NCBI GenBank assembly: GCA_025360715.1
Contig: JANYBS010000073.1
Location: 3,048-67,047, forward strand
Length of the DNA: 64,000 bases
Direction: 5' to 3'
DNA from: Candidatus Eiseniibacteriota bacterium
GTDB lineage: Bacteria; Eisenbacteria; RBG-16-71-46
The notes beneath the pieces are model-generated. The model saw only the letters and a program-made list of their open reading frames with translations, searched no databases and was not told the origin of the DNA. Positions 58,678 to 64,000 of the stretch are shown here, one piece after another; the stretch's first letter is position 1, and every line of letters begins with the position of its first letter. The translations under genes and the position numbers were made by a program.

Positions 58678-60378
58678 TTGGTCGTCGAAGACATCGGACA
58701 GAAGCTCCTCGAGGCACATCTCATCGATGAGAACGCCTTGCAGAAGGCGGCGCTCCAGCAGAAGACGGCTGGTGGCACCGTCACGAGCAATCTTGTCAAG
58801 ATCGGCGCTCTGACCGAAGAGGCGCTGCTCGACTTCCTGTCGAAGCTCTACAATTGCCCGTCGATCGACCTCAAGAACTTCGAGCCCGATCCTGCGCTGA
58901 CGCGCTTGATTCCCGGTGACGTCGCCACCAAGTTCATGGCGCTTCCGGTGTCCAAGAGCGGCCGCAAGCTGGTCGTGGCCATGGTGAATCCGTCGAATAT
59001 CTTCGCCATCGACGACATCAAGTTCATCACCGGTTACGAGGTCGAGCCCAACGTCGCCGCCGAAGCTGGGGTCAAGAAGGCGCTCGATCGCGCGTATGAC
59101 TCGGCCGGCACCATGGCCGATGTCATGAAGAACATGGAAGAGGACCTCGCGGTCGTCGAAGAAGACGAGGTCGCCGAGGCCCAGGCATCGGGTCTTGACC
59201 AGATGAACGAGGCGCCGATCGTCAAGCTGGTCAACTCATTGATCGCGGACGCGGTGCGCAAGGGCGCCTCGGATATCCACATCGAACCTTACGAGAAGAC
59301 GATGCGCGTGCGTTTTCGCATCGATGGCGCGCTGCAGGAGATGATGGCGCCGCCTTACAAGTTCAAGGCGGCGATCACATCGCGTCTCAAGATCATGGCG
59401 GATCTCGATATCGCCGAGCGGCGCGTTCCGCAGGACGGCCGTATCAAGATCAAGGTGCTCAACCGCACGATCGATCTGCGCGTCAACTCGCTGCCGACGA
59501 TCTTCGGCGAGAAGATCGTCATGCGTATTCTCGACAAGACCAATCTGAACATCGACCTGGAGAAACTGGGCTTCGAGCCCAAGGCGATGAAAGACTTCAT
59601 CGGCGCGATCTCGAACCCTTACGGCATGGTGCTCGTCACCGGGCCGACCGGATCGGGCAAGACCACGTCGCTCTATTCGGCGCTCTCGCGCGTGAACACG
59701 CCCGAGGTGAACGTGATGACCGCCGAGGACCCGGTCGAGTACAACCTGGACGGCATCAACCAGGTGCTCGTCAATGATGGCGTGGGACTGTCGTTCTCCG
59801 CGGCGCTCAAGGCGTTCCTTCGCCAGGACCCGAACATCATCATGGTCGGCGAGATCCGCGATATCGACACCGCCGGCATCGCGACCAAGGCCGCACTCAC
59901 GGGCCACTTGGTGCTGAGCACGCTGCACACGAACGATTCGCCCAGCGCCATCGGCCGTCTGATCGACATGGGTATCGAGCCGTTCCTCGTGGCCTCTTCG
60001 GTGAACCTGATTCTGGCGCAGCGGCTCGTGCGCCGCGTCTGCGCGGTCTGCCGGCGGCCGACAAAGATCACGGACGAGATCCTGGACGAGCTGCAGATGG
60101 ACAAGAGCCTGCTCGAGGGCGCGAACATCGTCGAAGGCGAAGGCTGTGTGGAGTGCAACAACACCGGTTACCGCGGCCGCGCCGGCATCTACGAAGTCCT
60201 CAACATCTCGCCGGCCATCCGCGACCTCATCCTGCAGCGCGGCTCGTCGATCGACCTCAAGCGCCTCGCGGTCAAGGAGGGGATGCTCACCCTTCGGCGC
60301 GACGCGATCATGAAGTTGCGGCGCGGCGTCACGTCAGTCGAGGAAGTGCTCAAGGAGTCCGCGGCAGACAAGCTTTGA
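58678..60378 (+). CDS. pilB: Type IV pilus assembly ATPase PilB (GspE family)
   Basis: Probable TTG start at 58678 with GAGG upstream; the track ORF starts at 58537. N-terminal GSPII domain. Walker A LVTGPTGSGKTTSLYS. Tetracysteine CAVCRRP...CVEC. About 566 aa. Confidence 0.85.
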   Translation: MVVEDIGQKLLEAHLIDENALQKAALQQKTAGGTVTSNLVKIGALTEEALLDFLSKLYNCPSIDLKNFEPDPALTRLIPGDVATKFMALPVSKSGRKLVVAMVNPSNIFAIDDIKFITGYEVEPNVAAEAGVKKALDRAYDSAGTMADVMKNMEEDLAVVEEDEVAEAQASGLDQMNEAPIVKLVNSLIADAVRKGASDIHIEPYEKTMRVRFRIDGALQEMMAPPYKFKAAITSRLKIMADLDIAERRVPQDGRIKIKVLNRTIDLRVNSLPTIFGEKIVMRILDKTNLNIDLEKLGFEPKAMKDFIGAISNPYGMVLVTGPTGSGKTTSLYSALSRVNTPEVNVMTAEDPVEYNLDGINQVLVNDGVGLSFSAALKAFLRQDPNIIMVGEIRDIDTAGIATKAALTGHLVLSTLHTNDSPSAIGRLIDMGIEPFLVASSVNLILAQRLVRRVCAVCRRPTKITDEILDELQMDKSLLEGANIVEGEGCVECNNTGYRGRAGIYEVLNISPAIRDLILQRGSSIDLKRLAVKEGMLTLRRDAIMKLRRGVTSVEEVLKESAADKL

Positions 60379-60415
60379 AACGCAAGTGGTCCCATCGCCA
60401 CACATCGAGGTATCC

Positions 60416-61498
60416 ATGGCGGAACTGACACTGAAGCAGCTGCTCGAAGACATGGTCGCGAGGCGCGCCTCGGACTTGCACATCACGGCGGGCGTGCCCC
60501 CCGAGATGCGTATCGACGGGTCGATCACGGCCACGGAGTACGAGGTCCTGACGCCCGACAAGTGCACGTCGATCGCTTACAGCGTGCTGTCCGATGAGCA
60601 GCGCAAGCGCTTCGAGACCACCAAGGAACTCGACTTCTCGTTCGGCGTGAAGGGTCTGTCGCGCTTCCGCGCGAACGTCTTCTTGCAGCGCGGCGTCGTG
60701 ACCATGGCCATAAGGCAGATCCCGTACGAGATCATGAATATGGACAAGCTGGGCTTGCCCAACATCGTGCGTGAGTTCACGAATCGCCAGAAGGGCCTGA
60801 TCCTGGTCACCGGCCCCACGGGCAGCGGCAAGTCCACGACCCTGGCGGCTATGCTCGACAAGATCAACGCGACGCGTCAGAGCCACATCATGACGATCGA
60901 GGATCCAATCGAGTACATCCACCATCACAAGAAGTGCATCGTGAACCAGCGCGAGGTCGGCGCCGATACGGCGTCGTTCCCGACTGCGCTCAAGTATGTG
61001 CTGCGACAGGATCCGGACGTGATCCTGATCGGTGAGATGCGCGACCTGGAGACCATCGAAGCGGCGTTGACGATCGCCGAGACGGGTCACCTGGTCTTTG
61101 CGACCCTGCATACGAACTCCACGTACGAAGCGGTCAACCGCATCGTCGACGTGTTCCCATCCGACCAGCAGAAGCAGATCCTGACCCAGCTGGCCTTCAC
61201 GCTCGAGGGTGTGATGACGCAGCAGCTCATCCCGCGCAGCCACGGGGCCGGCCGCGTGATGTGCACCGAGATCCTTGTCTGCACGCCGGCCATCAAGGCG
61301 ACGATCCGCGAAGGCAAGGTCCACCAGATCTACTCGCTGATGCAGGCGGGGCAGAAGTTCGGCATGCAGACCATGAACATGGCGCTCCATCAGGCGGTGC
61401 TCGACAAGCACCTGACGCCCGAGGACGCACTCGACCGCAGCATGGACCGTGTGGAGCTGGAGGGCATGCTCCAAAAGGTCCTCCGCTCGGCAGCCTAG
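60416..61498 (+). CDS. pilT: Twitching-motility retraction ATPase PilT
   Basis: 360 aa. Contains LVTGPTGSGKSTTLAAM, the AIRE-box region and GMQTMNMAL. Very similar to canonical PilT. Confidence 0.9.
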   Translation: MAELTLKQLLEDMVARRASDLHITAGVPPEMRIDGSITATEYEVLTPDKCTSIAYSVLSDEQRKRFETTKELDFSFGVKGLSRFRANVFLQRGVVTMAIRQIPYEIMNMDKLGLPNIVREFTNRQKGLILVTGPTGSGKSTTLAAMLDKINATRQSHIMTIEDPIEYIHHHKKCIVNQREVGADTASFPTALKYVLRQDPDVILIGEMRDLETIEAALTIAETGHLVFATLHTNSTYEAVNRIVDVFPSDQQKQILTQLAFTLEGVMTQQLIPRSHGAGRVMCTEILVCTPAIKATIREGKVHQIYSLMQAGQKFGMQTMNMALHQAVLDKHLTPEDALDRSMDRVELEGMLQKVLRSAA

Positions 61499-61508
61499 GA
61501 GGAACGCG

Positions 61509-62726
61509 ATGGCGGTCTATATCTGGAAGGGACGTACGCTCGCTGGGGAAGCCCAGACGGGTGAGATCGAGGTTGGGCGCCAGGACGAAGCGCTCGAACT
61601 GCTGCGCAAGAAGCGCATCCTTGTGACATCGCTCACGCCGAAGGGCGGCGGCTTCAAGCTGCCCAAGTTCGGCGGCGGCGTAACGGTGAGCACCAAGGAG
61701 CTGGCCATCTTCACGCGCCAGTTCGCGACGATGATCTCGGCGGGTCTGCCGCTGGTCCAGTGCCTGGACATCCTCGCGAAGCAGTCGAGCAAGCCTTCGT
61801 TCGGGCGTGTCATCAGCGAAGTCACGCGCGAGGTCGAGGCCGGCTCCACGTTGAGCGATTCGCTTGGCAAGCATAAGTCCGTCTTCGACGACCTGTTCCG
61901 CAACATGGTCGCGGCTGGCGAGGCCGGCGGTGTGCTCGACGAGATCCTGCTGCGTCTGGCGACCTACATCGAGAAGGCCGACGCGCTCAAGCGCAAGGTC
62001 CAGAGCGCCATGGTCTATCCGGCCGTCGTGCTTACCGTGGCCATGGGCGCCACGGCGTTCATGCTTGTGTTCATCATCCCGACGTTCGCCAAGATGTTCA
62101 TGGACTTCGGCGGCGAGTTGCCGCTGCCGACGAAGATCGTGCTCATGGCGTCGAACTTCCTCATGCACTGGTGGTGGGCGCTCTGTCTGCTGGCGTTCGG
62201 CGCCATGGTGATGCTGCAGCGCTTCTATGCCACCGAGAACGGCCAGCGCACCCTGGACGGCTTGATGATCAAGATGCCGGTCCTGGGCGACGTGCTGCTC
62301 AAGGGCGCCGTCGCGCGCTTCACGCGCACGCTCGGCACGCTGATCAGCTCCGGCGTACCCATTCTGGCCGGTCTCGAGATCACCGCCCGCACTGCGGGTA
62401 ACAAGGTGATCGCCGAGGCCATCATGAGCGCGCGCGCTTCGATCCGGGAGGGCGAGACGGTCTCCGCACCGCTCAAGGCGTCGGGCGTGTTCCCGCCGAT
62501 GGTCACCCAGATGATCGCCGTAGGCGAGCAGACGGGCGCCCTCGACGAGATGCTCACGAAGATCGCCGTGTTCTACGAAGCCGAGGTCGACACGGCTGTC
62601 GATACGCTCACGTCGATCATCGAGCCGATCATGATCGTGGTCATGGGCGGCATCGTCGGCGGCATGGTCGTGGCCATGTACCTGCCGATGTTCAAGCTCA
62701 TCTCGGTCGTGGCAGGCGGCAACTGA
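61509..62726 (+). CDS. pilC: Type IV pilus inner-membrane platform protein PilC (GspF family)
   Basis: AGGAGG upstream of the ATG at 61509. 405 aa, with a duplicated GspF domain and three TM regions. Confidence 0.9.
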   Translation: MAVYIWKGRTLAGEAQTGEIEVGRQDEALELLRKKRILVTSLTPKGGGFKLPKFGGGVTVSTKELAIFTRQFATMISAGLPLVQCLDILAKQSSKPSFGRVISEVTREVEAGSTLSDSLGKHKSVFDDLFRNMVAAGEAGGVLDEILLRLATYIEKADALKRKVQSAMVYPAVVLTVAMGATAFMLVFIIPTFAKMFMDFGGELPLPTKIVLMASNFLMHWWWALCLLAFGAMVMLQRFYATENGQRTLDGLMIKMPVLGDVLLKGAVARFTRTLGTLISSGVPILAGLEITARTAGNKVIAEAIMSARASIREGETVSAPLKASGVFPPMVTQMIAVGEQTGALDEMLTKIAVFYEAEVDTAVDTLTSIIEPIMIVVMGGIVGGMVVAMYLPMFKLISVVAGGN

Positions 62727-64000
62727 TGACCCCTGTCACCCGCATGGGCGCGCGTCTGGTTCCGGGCTTTGATGCGCCCGGGGCCGAGGATCAGGGCTGG
62801 AGTGCGCTCCGCCACCTGATCCTCGCGCGCCTGCTGGTGGCTTCGCTGGCGCTGCCCTTTGGCATCCTGCTGCGGCCCGACCTCACGGACCGGCCGGTGC
62901 AGCTGCTGTGGACGGCGATGGCGGTGGTGGTGGCGCTGTCCTGCGCGGGCGCACTGGGCGTGCGCTGGCGCAAAGGGCTTGCACTGCAGACGCACCTGAA
63001 TGTGATCGCGGACCTGGCGTTCGTCACGTATCTGGCGGCCAACACCGGCGCCCGCGACAGCCAGTTCGTGCTGTTCTACGCCCTTGTCGTCATCACCGGC
63101 GGGCTCTTCGGCCGCATCGGCAGCGGACTCTTTGCCGCCGCCGGAGCGTGCGCGGGTTACCTGGCGCTGCCGTGGCTGGCGCAGTGGGAGACCGGCCACG
63201 GCATGATCGCGTCGGGGACTTTACCGAAGCCCGAGCTGCTCGTGGCATTCCTCACCATGGTCGGCGTGCTGGCAGGCGTGCTGGGTGAGCGCGTGCACCG
63301 CACCCGCGGCGACCTGGAGCGCACCGCGCGCGAGCTGGACCGCGTGCGCGTGGACAACGATGTGATCCTGCGACACCTCACGACCGGCGTGTTCATGGTC
63401 GAGCACACTGGCGTGGTCGGATACTTGAATCCCGCGGCCGAGCAGGTGCTCGGCGTGCGCGCGATCGAGACGCGCGGGCGCCACGTGAGCGTGGCCATGC
63501 CCGAGCGCTTGGGCGCGCTGCGTGACCTTGTATTGGAGACCATCCGCGGTCAGCGCGGCCGCGCGCGCGCCGAGCTGCTCATGGTGGGCGCGCTGGGCAA
63601 ACCGCTGCCGGTGGGGGTGTCGACGAACGTGCTCATGCACGAAGGGCAGATGACCGGCGTGGTCGCCGTGTTTCAAGACTTGACCGAAGTGCGCGAGATG
63701 GAGCGCCGTGCGCGCCGCAACGAGACGCTCGCTGAGGTCGGCGCGCTCGCGGCCGGCATCGCACATGAACTGCGCAACGGCCTCAAGCCGATCGCGGGGT
63801 CGGTGGAATACCTGCAGCGCGAACTCAAGCCGGAAGGCGAGACGGCCGAACTCATGGACTTGATCGCGCGCGAATCCGGGCGATTGAACAAGTTCGTGAG
63901 CGATCTTCTGAGCTATTCGCGCGAGCGCGACCTGGCGCTCGAATGCGTGGATCTGGACGGCGTGCTGCGCGACGTGCTGGCGGCGCTGTCGCATGACCCG
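62726..64000 (+). CDS. pilS: PilS-like membrane sensor histidine kinase (partial; continues past the window end)
   Basis: The ATG overlaps the pilC TGA. Multi-TM N-terminus. Has a PAS-like region and the H-box GIAHELRNGLKPI. Not in the ORF track because no stop lies inside the window. Confidence 0.7.
   Translation, partial: MTPVTRMGARLVPGFDAPGAEDQGWSALRHLILARLLVASLALPFGILLRPDLTDRPVQLLWTAMAVVVALSCAGALGVRWRKGLALQTHLNVIADLAFVTYLAANTGARDSQFVLFYALVVITGGLFGRIGSGLFAAAGACAGYLALPWLAQWETGHGMIASGTLPKPELLVAFLTMVGVLAGVLGERVHRTRGDLERTARELDRVRVDNDVILRHLTTGVFMVEHTGVVGYLNPAAEQVLGVRAIETRGRHVSVAMPERLGALRDLVLETIRGQRGRARAELLMVGALGKPLPVGVSTNVLMHEGQMTGVVAVFQDLTEVREMERRARRNETLAEVGALAAGIAHELRNGLKPIAGSVEYLQRELKPEGETAELMDLIARESGRLNKFVSDLLSYSRERDLALECVDLDGVLRDVLAALSHDP

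Noticed and set aside
1-64000. CRISPR arrays, rRNA genes, additional tRNAs, large tandem repeats
   Set aside because: I scanned for regularly spaced direct repeats and for tRNA/rRNA-like conserved boxes and found none apart from the single tRNA-Glu. This is a manual visual scan, so short or degenerate repeats could have been missed.

Overview
High-GC (~70%) bacterial chromosomal window with a compact gene set and an Arg/Ala-rich antisense ORF background. The T9SS genes plus a Myxococcus-like type IV pilus cluster suggest an FCB-group/Gemmatimonadota-like organism; that phylum call is inference only. Left to right, the window contains: (1) the N-terminal ~1180 aa of a very large SF1 helicase on the minus strand (gene runs off the window start), followed by remnants of an IS21-family istA and a tyrosine integrase abutting tRNA-Glu(UUC), i.e. 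a decayed tRNA-integrated island; (2) a small Cu/redox-like module (ArsR-like regulator, DUF4142 protein, cupredoxin lipoprotein), then ribA, an ExeA-like AAA ATPase fused to a SPOR domain, and pyrE; (3) a secreted S8 protease with FG-GAP/FN3 repeats and a T9SS C-terminal domain (CTD), a lipoprotein, and an M23 peptidase; (4) dnaE interrupted by a 450-aa LAGLIDADG intein, then accA, in the E. coli-like dnaE-accA arrangement; (5) a long, tightly translationally coupled operon: porU (C25 peptidase with CTD), a porV-like OM barrel, an M6/InhA-like metalloprotease with CTD, two paralogous secreted proteins, an NHL-repeat protein, a 1133-aa predicted OM/TamB-like protein and a TamA/Omp85-like POTRA barrel; (6) a DinG-family helicase and hutH-hutU-hutI, with the expected last pathway gene (bifunctional ftcD) displaced 5.5 kb downstream by an inserted block (T9SS-CTD cargo protein, DUF222/REP13E12-like HNH endonuclease, secreted jelly-roll-like protein, ArnT/PMT-like membrane glycosyltransferase); (7) a TPR protein, PHP phosphoesterase, OM protein, comEA, and pilB-pilT-pilC-pilS(partial). 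No CRISPR arrays or rRNA were seen. The most interesting candidates are the extended porU/porV operon that ends in a TamB/TamA-like pair, the dnaE intein, and the helicase island at tRNA-Glu.
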